A DNA stretch of 64,000 nucleotides from assembly GCA_009914755.4 (NCBI GenBank), contig CP086569.2, forward strand, positions 27,712,001-27,776,000. The letters are read 5' to 3'. The translations under genes were made by a program, and so were the position numbers. Under the pieces are notes generated by a model. That model saw nothing but the letters and a program-made list of their open reading frames with translations. It searched no databases and was not told where the DNA came from. Shown here piece by piece: positions 1 through 10,983 of the stretch. The stretch's first letter is position 1; the number at the start of each line of letters is the position of its first letter. This DNA is from the human T2T-CHM13v2.0 reference genome, Homo sapiens.

Positions 1-67
1 GAGTCAAATGGAATCGAATGGCATAGAATCGAACTGTTTTGAATGGCAGTGAATGGAAACGAATGGA

Positions 68-576
68 ATGCGATGAAGTGGAGCAGAGTGGAGTTGAAAG
101 GAGTGCAATGGAATAGGGCGGAACTGAATTTAATGGAACAGAGTGGATTGGAGTGGACTGGAGTGGAATGGAATGGGAAGGAATGGGTTTGAAATTAGTG
201 GCGTGCAGTGGAGTGGAGTGGCATGGAGTGGAGTGGAGTGGAATGGATTGGAATGCAATGGAGTGGAATGGAGTGGATTGGAATGGAATGGAGTGCAGAG
301 GAATGGAATGGAATGGTATAGAGTGGACAGGAATGGAGTGGAGCGGATTGTAATGGAATGCAATGGAATGGAATGGTATGGAACTGAATGGACTGGAATG
401 GAATGGAATAGAATGGAATCACAGGGAATCAAATTGGATTGAATCGAATCGAATGGAAAAAATGAAATCAAATGAAATTGAATGGAATCGAAATGAATGT
501 AAACAATGGAATCCAATGGAATCCAATGGAATCGAATCAAATGGTTTTGAATGGCATAAAATGAAATTGCAAGGAA
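68..576 (+). repeat. HOR sub-block a (~509 bp) in the reference copy; restarts with 'atgcgatgaagtggagcagagtgg'
   Basis: Abrupt switch from A-rich 'gaatcgaa...' to G-rich 'gtgaagtggag' at 68. The 5' GGAGT-rich to 3' GAATC/A-rich gradient is visible. Confidence 0.5.
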
Positions 577-973
577 GGCAGTGAATTGGAGTGGAGTGGA
601 ATAGAGAGGAATTAATTGGAATGGAGTGGAGCGGAATGGAGTGGATTCCAGTGGAGTGGAGTGGATTGGATTGGAATGGAATGGAATAGACTGGATTGGA
701 GTGGTGTAGAGTGCAGTGGATTGGAGTGGAGAGGAATGGAGTGGAGTGAAGTCGAGTTGAATGGAATGGAATGGAGTGGAGCAGAGTGGAATGCAAAAGA
801 ATGAAGTGGATTGGTGTGGAATGGAATGGCGTGGAATGGAGTGGAATAGAATGGAATGGAATCGCATGGAAGGATATCAAATCCAATGGAATCGAAGGAA
901 AATTATGAATCCAATGGAATCGAAAGGATTCCAAAGGAACGGATTCGAAAGGCATTTAATGGAATGGAAAGGT
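577..973 (+). repeat. HOR sub-block b (~397 bp); restarts with 'ggcagtgaattggagtggagtgg'
   Basis: Same restart architecture as sub-block a. Confidence 0.5.
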
Positions 974-1276
974 ATGCAGTGAAGTGGAGTGGAGTGGAGT
1001 GGATTGGTTTAGAGTGAAATGGGGTGGATTGGAACACTATGTGGTGGAGTGGAGTGTAGTGGATCGGAGTGGAGTGCCGTGGAGTGGACTAGAGTGGGGT
1101 GGAGTGGAGTGCATTGGAGTGGAATGGAGTGGAGTGGGGTGGAATGGAATGGAATGGCATCAAATCGCATGGTAATGAATCAAATGGAATCAAATGGAAT
1201 GAAATAATGGAATCGAAGGCAAACGAATGGAATCGAATTGCACTGATTCTACTGACTTCGAAGAAAATGAAATGAA
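974..1276 (+). repeat. HOR sub-block c (~303 bp); restarts with 'atgcagtgaagtggagtggagtgg'
   Basis: Same restart architecture. Confidence 0.5.
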
Positions 1277-1678
1277 ATGCGGTGAAGTGGAGTGGAGTGG
1301 AATATATTAGGGTGGAATGGAATTGAATGGTGTGGAGTGGATTGGAGTGTCCAGGAGTGGAATGGGAAGAAATGGAATTGAACGGAGTGGAGTGGAGTGG
1401 AATGGAGGGTAATGGAGTGGAATGGAGTGGAGTGGAGTAGAGTGGAATGGGTTGGAGTGGAATGCAGAGGACAGGAGTGGAGTGTGGTGGACTGGAGTGG
1501 AGTGGAGTTGAGTGGAGTGGATTGGATTGAAATAGAGCGGAGCAGAGTGGAATGGAATTGAATGACATGGTACTGAATCAAATCGAATGGAATTAAATCG
1601 AATGAAAAAACGGAATCAAAAGCAAACGAATGGAGTCAAACCACATTGGTTAGACTGACATCGAATTATATCAAAAGA
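1277..1678 (+). repeat. HOR sub-block d (~402 bp); restarts with 'atgcggtgaagtggagtggagtgg'. Preceded by the C-containing junction 'ttgcactgattctactgacttcgaagaaaatgaaatgaa'.
   Basis: Same restart architecture. Confidence 0.5.
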
Positions 1679-1966
1679 AATGTGGTGAAGGTGAGTGGAG
1701 TGTAATGAAATGGGGTGGAATGAAATTGAATGGAGTGGAGTGGAGTGGAGTGGAGTCTACTGGAGTGGAATGGAATGGAATGGAAAGGAATGGAATAGAA
1801 TGGAGTGAAGTGCAGTGCAGTGAAATGGAGTGGAAAGGAATGGAATGGAAAGAATTGAATCAAATGGAATCGAAGTGAATCGAATCTAATGAAAGTGAAC
1901 CCAAAAAATGGAATGAGTAGAATCGAAAAAGATGGTTTCAAATGGCAACAAATAAAATTGAATGGA
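1679..1966 (+). repeat. HOR sub-block e (~288 bp); restarts with 'aatgtggtgaaggtgagtgg' ('aatgcggtgaagtggaggggagtg' in other copies). Preceded by the landmark 'caaaccacattggttagactgacatcgaat'.
   Basis: Same restart architecture. The junction is paralogous to the junction before sub-block d (shared 'actgacNtcgaa...aaatg[c/t]ggtgaagtgg'). Confidence 0.5.
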
Positions 1967-2511
1967 ATGCGGTGAGGTGGAGGGGATTGGAATGGAGTTG
2001 AATGGAATGGGGTGTATTTGAATTGAATGGAGTGGAGTGGAGTGAACTGGAGTTCAATGGAATGGAATGGGCAGGCATGGAATTGAAAGGCGTGGAGTGG
2101 AGTGGAATTGAGAGGAGTGGAATGGAGTAGGGTGGATTGTGGTGGAGAATATTGGAAAAGAGTGGAGTGGAATGGAATGGAATGGAGTGGAGTGGAATGG
2201 AATGGAATTGAGTGAAGTGGAGTGTAGTGGAATGGAGAGTAATGGAGTGGAGTGGACTGGAGTGGAGTAGATTGCAGTGCATTGGACTGTAGGGGATAGA
2301 AGTGGCTTGGAGTCCATAGGAGTGGAGTGGAATGGAATGGAATGGACTGGAATGGACTGGAACGGAATGGAATGGAATGGATTTAAATGGCAGGGAATCA
2401 AATCGAATTGAATCATATTGAATCAAGTCGAATCGAGTGGAGGAAAGAAATCGAATGAAATCGAATGGAATGAATTGAATGGAGTCGAATGTCAACCATG
2501 GAATCGAAAGT
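1967..2511 (+). repeat. HOR sub-block f (~545 bp); restarts with 'atgcggtgaggtggaggggattgg'
   Basis: Same restart architecture. Confidence 0.5.
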
Positions 2512-2816
2512 AATGTGGTAAAGTGGAGTGGAGTGTTATGGAGTGGAATGGAATGGGGTGACATGGAATTGAATACAGTGGAGAGGAGTGGAGTGGATTG
2601 GGCTAGAGTGGAACGGAAAGGGAAGGAATGGAACTGAATGGAGTGGAGTGGAATGGAGTGGAATGGAATGGAACGGAATGGAACGGAATGGAGTGGAATG
2701 GAATCGAATCACATGGAACTGAATGAAACCGAATTGAATGAAATTGAATGGAGAAAATGGAATCAAATGGAATCAAATCGAACGGATTCGAATGTCATTG
2801 AATGGAATCGAAAGGA
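2512..2816 (+). repeat. HOR sub-block g (~305 bp); restarts with 'aatgtggtaaagtggagtggagtg'. Preceded by 'gtcaaccatggaatcgaaagt'.
   Basis: Same restart architecture. Confidence 0.5.
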
Positions 2817-3183
2817 ATGCAGTGAGGTGGGGTTGTGTGGAATGGAGTGGAATGGAATGGGATGAATGGAATTGAATGGAGGGGAGTGGAATGGAATGGA
2901 ATGGAAAGGAATGGAATTGAACAAAATGGAGTGTAGTAGAATGGAGTGGATTGGAGTGGAGTGCAGGGGAGTGCAGTGGAATGAAGAGGAGTGCAGTTGA
3001 ATGGAATGGAATGTATGGAATGTACTGGAATAGAATGGATAAGAATGGAATGGAATGGAATCGCATGGAATTGAATAGAATCAAATCGAATTGAATAGAA
3101 TCAAATGGAAAAAATGGAGTCAAATGGAATCGAATGGCATAGAATCGAACGGTTTTGAATGTCAGTGAATGGAAACGAATGGA
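2817..3183 (+). repeat. HOR sub-block h (~367 bp); restarts with 'atgcagtgaggtggggttgtgtgg'
   Basis: Same restart architecture. The next restart is at 3184, 3116 bp after 68. Confidence 0.5.
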
Positions 3184-4741
3184 ATGCGATGAAGTGGAGC
3201 AGAGTGGAGTGGAAAAGAGTGCAATGGAATAGGGTGGAACTGAATTTAATGGAACAGAGTGGATTGGAGTGGACTGGAGTGGAATGGAATGGGAAGGAAT
3301 GGGATTGAATTTAGTGGCGTGCAGTGGAGTGGAGTGGCATGGAGTGGAGTGGAGTGGAATGGAGTGGAATGGAATGGAGTGGAATGGAGTGGATTGGAAT
3401 GGAATGGAGTGCAGAGGAATGGAATGGAATGGTATAGAGTGGACAGGAATGGAGTGGAGCGGATTGGAATGGAATGGAATGGGATGGAACTGAATGGACT
3501 GGAATGGAATGGAATAGAATGGAATCACAGGGAATCAAATTGGATTGAATCGAATCGAATGGAAAAAATGAAATCAAATGAAATTGAATGGAATCGAAAT
3601 GAATGTAAACAATGGAATCCAATGGAATCCAATGGAATCGAATCAAATGGTTTTGAATGGCGTAAAATGAAATCGCAAGGAAGGCAGTGAATTGGAGTGG
3701 AGTGGAATAGAGAGGAATGAATTGGAATGGAGTGGAGTGGAATGGAGTGGATTCCAGTGGAGTGGAGTGGATTGGATCGGAATGGAATGGAATAGACTGG
3801 ATTGGAGTGGTGTAGAGTGCAGTGGATTGGAGTGGAGAGGAATGGAGTGGAGTGAAGTCGAGTTGAGTGGAATGGAATGGAGTGGAGCAGAGTGGAATGC
3901 AAAAGAATGAAGTGGATTGGTGTGGGATGGAATGGCGTGGAATGGAGTGGAATAGAATGGAATGGAATCGCATGGAAGGATATCAAATCAAATGGAATCG
4001 AACGAAAATTATGAATCCAATGGAATCGAAAGGATTCCAAAGAAGAGATTCGAAAGGCATTTAATGGAATGGAAAGGTATGCAGTGAAGTGGAGTGGAGT
4101 GGAGTGGATTGTTTTAGAGTGAAATGGGGTGGATTGGAACACCATGTGGTGGAGTGGAGTGTAGTGGATCGGAGTGGAGTGCCGTGGAGTGGACTAGAGT
4201 AGGGTGGAGTGGAGTGCATTGGAGTGGAATGGAGTGGAGTGGGGTGGAATGGAAAGGAATGGTATCAAATCGCATGGTAATGAATCAAATGGAATCAAAT
4301 GGAATGAAATAATGGAATCGAAGGCAAACGAATGGAATCGAATTGCACTGATTCTACTGACTTTGAAGAAAATGAAATGAAATGCGGTGAAGTGGAGTGG
4401 AGTGGAATGTATTAGGGTGGAATGGAATTGAATGGTGTGGAGTGGAGTGGAGTGCCCAGGAGTGGAATGGGAAGAAATGGAATTGAACGGAGTGGAGTGG
4501 AGTGGAATGGAGGGTAATGGAGTGGAATGGAGTGGAGTGGAGTAGAGTGGAATGGGTTGGAGTGGAATGCAGAGGACAGGAGTGGAGTGTGGTGGACTGG
4601 AGTGGAGTGGAGTTGAGTGGAGTGCATTGGATTGAAATAGAGCGGAGCAGAGTGGAATGGAATTGAATCACATGGTATTGAATCAAATGGAATGGAATTA
4701 AATCGAATGAAAAAACGGAATCAAAAGCAAACGAATGGAGT

Positions 4742-7700
4742 CAAACCACATTGGTTAGACTGACATCGAATAATATCAAAAGAAATGCGGTGAAGTGGAG
4801 GGGAGTGTACTGAAATGGGGTGGAATGAAATTGAATGGAGTGGAGTGGAGTGGAGTCTACTGGAGTGGAATGGAATGGAATGGAAAGGAATGGAATAGAA
4901 TGGAGTGAAGTGCAGTGCAGTGAAATGGAGTGGAAAGGAATGGAATGGAAAGAATTGAATCAAATGGAATCGGAATGAATCGAATCTAATGAAATTGAAC
5001 GCAAAAAATGGAATGAGTAGAATCGAAAAAGATGGATTCAAATGGCAACAAATAAAATTGAATGGAATGCGGTGAGGTGGAGGGGATTGGAATGGAGTTG
5101 AATGGAATGGGGTGTAATTGAATTGAATGGAGTGGAGTGGAGTGAACTGGAGTGGAATGGAATGGAATGGGCAGGCATGGAATTGAAAGGCGTGGAGTGG
5201 AGTGGAATTGAGAGGAGTGGAATGGAGTAGGGTGGATTGTGGTGGAGAATAATGGAAAAGAGTGGAGTGGAATGGAACGGAATGGAGTGGAGTGGAATGG
5301 AATGGAATTGAGTGAAGTGGAGTGTAGTGGAATGGAGAGTAATGGAGTGGAGTGGACTGGAGTGGAGTTGATTGCAGTGCATTGGACTGTAGGGGATAGA
5401 AGTGGCTTGGAGTCCATAGGAGTGGAGTGGAATGGAATGGAATGGAGTGGAATGGACTGGAACGGAATGGAATGGAATGGATTTAAATGGCAGGGAATCA
5501 AATCGATTTGAATCATATTGAATCAAGTCGAATCGAGTGGAAGAAAGAAATCGAATGAAATCGAATGGAATGAATTGAATGGAGTCGAATGTCAACCATG
5601 GAATCGAAAGTAATGTGGTAAAGTGGAGTGGAGTGGAGTGTTATGGAGTGGAATGGAATGGGGTGACATGGAATTGAATACAGTGGAGAGGAGTGGAGTG
5701 GATTGGGCTAGAGTTGAACGGAAAGGGAAGGAATGGAACTAAATGGAGTGGAGTGGAATGGAGTGGAATGGAATGGAATGGAATGGAATGGAATTGAATG
5801 GAACGGAATGGAGTGCAATGGAATCGAATCACATGGAACTGAATGAAACCGAATTGAATGAAATTGAATGGAGAAAATGGAATCAAATGGAATCAAAACG
5901 AACGGATTCGAATGTCATTGAATGGAATCGAAAGGAATGCAGTGAGGTGGGGTTGAGTGGAATGGAGTGGAATGGAATGGGATGAATGGAAGTGAATGGA
6001 GTGGAGTGGAATGGAATGGAATGGAAAGGACTGGAATTGAACAAAATGGAGTGTAGTAGAATGGAGTGGATTGGAGTGGAGTGTAGGGGAGTGCAGTGGA
6101 ATGAAGAGGAGTGTAGTTGAATGGAATGGAATGTATGGAATGTACTGGAATAGAATGGATAAGAAAGGAATGGAATGAAATCGCATGGAATTGAATAGAA
6201 TCAAATCGAATTGAATAGAATCAAATGGAAAAAATGGAGGCAAATGGAATCGAATGGCGTAGAATCGAACGGTTTTGAATGGCAGTGAATGGAAACGAAT
6301 GGAATGCGATGAAGTGGAGCAGAGTGGAGTGGAAAGGAGTGCAATGGAATAGGGTGGAACTGAATTTAATGGAACAGAGTGGATTGGAGTGGACTGGAGT
6401 GGAATGGAATGGGAAGGAATGGGATTGAAAGGAGTGGCGTTCAGTGGAGTGGAGTAGCATGGAGTGGAGTGGAGTGGAATGGAGTGGAATGGAATGGAGT
6501 GGAATGGAGTGGGTTGGAATGGAATGGAGTGCAGAGGAATGGAATGGAATGGTATAGAGTGGACAGGAATGGAGTGGAGTGGATTGGAATGGAATGGAAT
6601 GGAATGGAACTGAATGGACTGGAATGGAAAGGAATAGAATGGAATCACAGGGAATCAAATTGGATTGAATCGAATCGAATGGAAAAAATGAAATCAAATG
6701 AAATTGAATGGAATCGAAATGAATGTAAACAATGGAATCCAATGGAATCCAATGGAATCGAATCAAATGGTTTTGAATGGCGTAAAATGAAATCGCAAGG
6801 AAGGCAGTGAATTGGAGTGGAGTGGAATAGAGAGGAATGAACTGGAATGGAGTGGATTGGAATGGAGTGGATTCCAGTGGAGTGGAGTGGCTTGGATTTT
6901 AATGGAATGGAATAGACTGGATTGGAGTGGTGTAGATTGCAGTGGATTGGAGTGGAGAGGAATGGAGTGGAGTGAAGTCGAGTTGAGTGGAATGGAATGG
7001 AGTGGAGCAGAGTGGAATGCAAAAGAATGAAGTGGATTGGTGTGGAATGGAATGGCGTGGAATGGAGTGGAATAGAATGGAATGGAATCGCATGGAAGGA
7101 TATCAAATCAAATGGAATCGAACAAAAATTATGAATCCAATGGAATCGAAAGGATTCCAAAGGAACGGATTCGAAAGACATTTAATGGAATGGAAAGGTA
7201 TGCAGTGAAGTGGAGTGGAGTGGAGTGGATTGTTTTAGAGTGAAATGGGGTGGATTGGAACACTATGTGGTGGAGTGGAGTGGAGTGGATCGGAGTGGAG
7301 TGCCGTGGAGTGGACTAGAGTAGGGTGGAGTGGAGTGCATTGGAGTGGAATGGAGTGGAGTGGGGTGGAATGGAAAGAAATGGCATCAAATCGCATGGTA
7401 ATGAATCAAATGGAATCAAATGCAATGAAATAATGGAATCGAAGGCAAACGAATGGAATCGAATTGCACTGATTCTACTGACTTCGAAGAAAATGAAATG
7501 AAATGCGGTGAAGTGGAGTGGAGTGGAATGTATTAGGGTGGAATGGAATTGAATGGTGTGGAGTGGAGTGGAGTGCCCAGGAGTGGAATGGGAAGAAATG
7601 GAATTGAACGGAGTGGAGTGGAGTGGAATGGAGGGTAATGGAGTGGAATGGAGTGGAGTGGAGTAGAGTGGAATGGGTTGGAGTGGAATGCAGAGGACAG

Positions 7701-7862
7701 GAGTGGAGTGTGGTGGACTGGAGTGGAGTGGAGTTGAGTGGAGTGGATTGGATTGAAATAGAGCGGAGCAGAGTGGAATGGAATTGAATCACATGGTATT
7801 GAATCAAATGGAATGGAATTAAATCGAATGAAAAAACGGAATCAAAAGCAAACGAATGGAGT
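4742..7862 (+). repeat. HOR copy B (3121 bp)
   Basis: Landmark at 4742, next at 7863. The first ~2 kb gives translated strings identical to copy C (e.g. 4986..5516 = 8107..8637; 5038..5595 = 8159..8716). Confidence 0.8.
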
Positions 7863-10800
7863 CAAACCACATTGGTTAGACTGACATCGAATAATATCAA
7901 AAGAAATGCGGTGAAGTGGAGGGGAGTGTACTGAAATGGGGTGGAATGAAATTGAATGGAGTGGAGTGGAGTGGAGTCTACTGGAGTGGAATGGAATGGA
8001 ATGGAAAGGAATGGAATAGAATGGAGTGAAGTGCAGTGCAGTGAAATGGAGTGGAAAGGAATGGAATGGAAAGAATTGAATCAAATGGAATCGGAATGAA
8101 TCGAATCTAATGAAATTGAACGCAAAAAATGGAATGAGTAGAATCGAAAAAGATGGATTCAAATGGCAACAAATAAAATTGAATGGAATGCGGTGAGGTG
8201 GAGGGGATTGGAATGGAGTTGAATGGAATGGGGTGTAATTGAATTGAATGGAGTGGAGTGGAGTGAACTGGAGTGGAATGGAATGGAATGGGCAGGCATG
8301 GAATTGAAAGGCGTGGAGTGGAGTGGAATTGAGAGGAGTGGAATGGAGTAGGGTGGATTGTGGTGGAGAATAATGGAAAAGAGTGGAGTGGAATGGAACG
8401 GAATGGAGTGGAGTGGAATGGAATGGAATTGAGTGAAGTGGAGTGTAGTGGAATGGAGAGTAATGGAGTGGAGTGGACTGGAGTGGAGTTGATTGCAGTG
8501 CATTGGACTGTAGGGGATAGAAGTGGCTTGGAGTCCATAGGAGTGGAGTGGAATGGAATGGAATGGAGTGGAATGGACTGGAACGGAATGGAATGGAATG
8601 GATTTAAATGGCAGGGAATCAAATCGATTTGAATCATATTGAATCAAGTCGAATCGAGTGGAGGAAAGAAATCGAATGAAATCGAATGGAATGAATTGAA
8701 TGGAGTCGAATGTCAACCATGGAATCGAAAGTAATGTGGTAAAGTGGAGTGGAGTGGAGTGTTATGGAGTGGAATGGAATGGGGTGACATGGAATTGAAT
8801 ACAGTGGAGAGGAGTGGAGTGGATTGGGCTAGAGTTGAACGGAAAGGGAAGGAATGGAACTAAATGGAGTGGAGTGGAATGGAGTGGAATGGAATGGAAT
8901 GGAATGGAATGGAATTGAATGGAACGGAATGGAGTGCAATGGAATCGAATCACATGGAACTGAATGAAACCGAATTGAATGAAATTGAATGGAGAAAATG
9001 GAATCAAATGGAATCAAATCGAACGGATTCGAATGTCATTGAATGGAATCGAAAGGAATGCAGTGAGGTGGGGTTGAGTGGAATGGAGTGGAATGGAATG
9101 GGATGAATGGAAGTGAATGGAGTGGAGTGGAATGGAATGGAATGGAAAGGACTGCAATTGAACAAAATGGAGTGTAGTAGAATGGAGTGGATTGGAGTGG
9201 AGTGTAGGGGAGTGCAGTGGAATGAAGAGGAGTGTAGTTGAATGGAATGGAATGTATGGAATGTACTGGAATAGAATGGATAAGAAAGGAATGGAATGAA
9301 ATCGCATGGAATTGAATAGAATCAAATCGAATTGAATAGAATCCAATGGAAAAAATGGAGTCAAATGGAATCGAATGGCATAGAATCGAACGGTTTTGAA
9401 TGGCAGTGAATGGAAACGAATGGAATGCGATGAAGTGGAGCAGAGTGGAGTGGAAAGGAGTGCAATGGAATAGGGTGGAACTGAATTTAATGGAACAGAG
9501 TGGATTGGAGTGGACTGGAGTGGAATGGAATGGGAAGGAATGGGATTGAAAGGAGTGGCGTTCAGTGGAGTGGAGTAGCATGGAGTGGAGTGGAGTGGAA
9601 TGGAGTGGAATGGAATGGAGTGGAATGGAGTGGGTTGGAATGGAATGGAGTGCAGAGGAATGGAATGGAATGGTATAGAGTGGACAGGAATGGAGTGGAG
9701 TGGATTGGAATGGAATGGAATGGAATGGAACTGAATGGACTGGAATGGAAAGGAATAGAATGGAATCACAGGGAATCAAATTGGATTGAATCGAATCGAA
9801 TGGAAAAAATGAAATCAAATGAAATTGAATGGAATCGAAATGAATGTAAACAATGGAATCCAATGGAATCCAATGGAATCGAATCAAATGGTTTGGAATG
9901 GCGTAAAATGAAATCGCAAGGAAGGCAGTGAATTGGAGTGGAGTGGAATAGAGAGGAATGAATTGGAATGGAGTGGAGTGGAATGGAGTGGATTCCAGTG
10001 GAGTGGAGTGGATTGGATTGGAATGGAATGGAATAGACTGGATTGGAGTGGTGTAGAGGGCAGTGGATTGGAGTGGAGAGGAATGGAGTGGATTGAAGTC
10101 GAGTTGAGTGGAATGGAATGGAGTGGAGCAGAGTGGAATGCAAAAGAATGAAGTGGATTGGTGTGGAATGGAATGGCGTGGAATGGAGTGGAATAGAATG
10201 GAATGGAATCGCATGGAAGGATATCAAATCAAATGGAATCGAACGAACATTATGAATCCAATGGAATCGAAAGGATTCCAAAGGAACGGATTCTTAAGGC
10301 ATTTAATGGAATGGAAAGGTATGCAGTGAAGTGGAGTGGAGTGGAGTGGATTGTTTTAGAGTGAAATGGGGTGGATTGGAACACTATGTGGTGGAGTGGA
10401 GTGTAGTGGATCGGAGTGGAGTGCCGTGGAGTGGACTAGAGTGGGGTGGAGTGGAGTGCATTGGAGTGGAATGGAGTGGAGTGGGGTGGAATGGAATGGA
10501 ATGGCATCAAATGGCATGGTAATGAATCAAATGGAATCAAATGGAATGAAATAATGGAATCGAAGGCAAACGAATGGAATCGAATTGCACTGATTCTACT
10601 GACTTCGAAGAAAATGAAATGAAATGCGGTGAAGTGGAGTGGAGTGGAATGTATTAGGGTGGAATGGAATTGAATGGTGTGGAGTGTAGTGGAGTGCCCA
10701 GGAGTGGAATGGGAAGAAATGGAATTGAACGGAGTGGAGTGGATTGGAATGGAGGGTAATGGAGTGGAATGGAGTGGAGTGGAGTAGAGTGGAATGGGTT

Positions 10801-10983
10801 GGAGTGGAATGCAGAGGACAGGAGTGGAGTGTGGTGGACTGGAGTGCAGTGGAGTTGAGTGGAGTGGATTGGATTGAAATAGAGCGGAGCAGAGTGGAAT
10901 GGAATTGAATCACATGGTATTGAATCAAATCGAATGGAATTAAATCGAATGAAAAAACGGAATCAAAAGCAAACGAATGGAGT
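7863..10983 (+). repeat. HOR copy C (3121 bp), near-identical tandem duplicate of B
   Basis: Landmark at 7863, next at 10984. Offset to B is 3121 bp, with identical 106/176/185/81-aa ORF strings. Confidence 0.8.

Larger units (their letters stand above)
1..1636 (+). repeat. Partial HOR copy: 3' ~1.6 kb of a ~3.1-kb higher-order repeat unit, truncated by the window start
   Basis: Contains sub-blocks a-d of the HOR (restarts at ~68, 577, 974, 1277). It ends at the once-per-HOR landmark 'caaaccacattggttagactgacatcgaat' at 1637. Confidence 0.7.
1637..4741 (+). repeat. HOR copy A (~3105 bp); head variant 'atgtggtgaaggtgagtgg'
   Basis: Landmark at 1637, next landmark at 4742. Boundaries are arbitrary (landmark-phased). 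Confidence 0.8.

Noticed and set aside
1629-1700. C-containing non-pentameric segment as a transposon or insertion fragment
   Set aside because: The same segment occurs once in every HOR copy at identical phase (21 sites), so it is part of the repeat unit, not an insertion. It has no TSDs, terminal repeats or poly-A.
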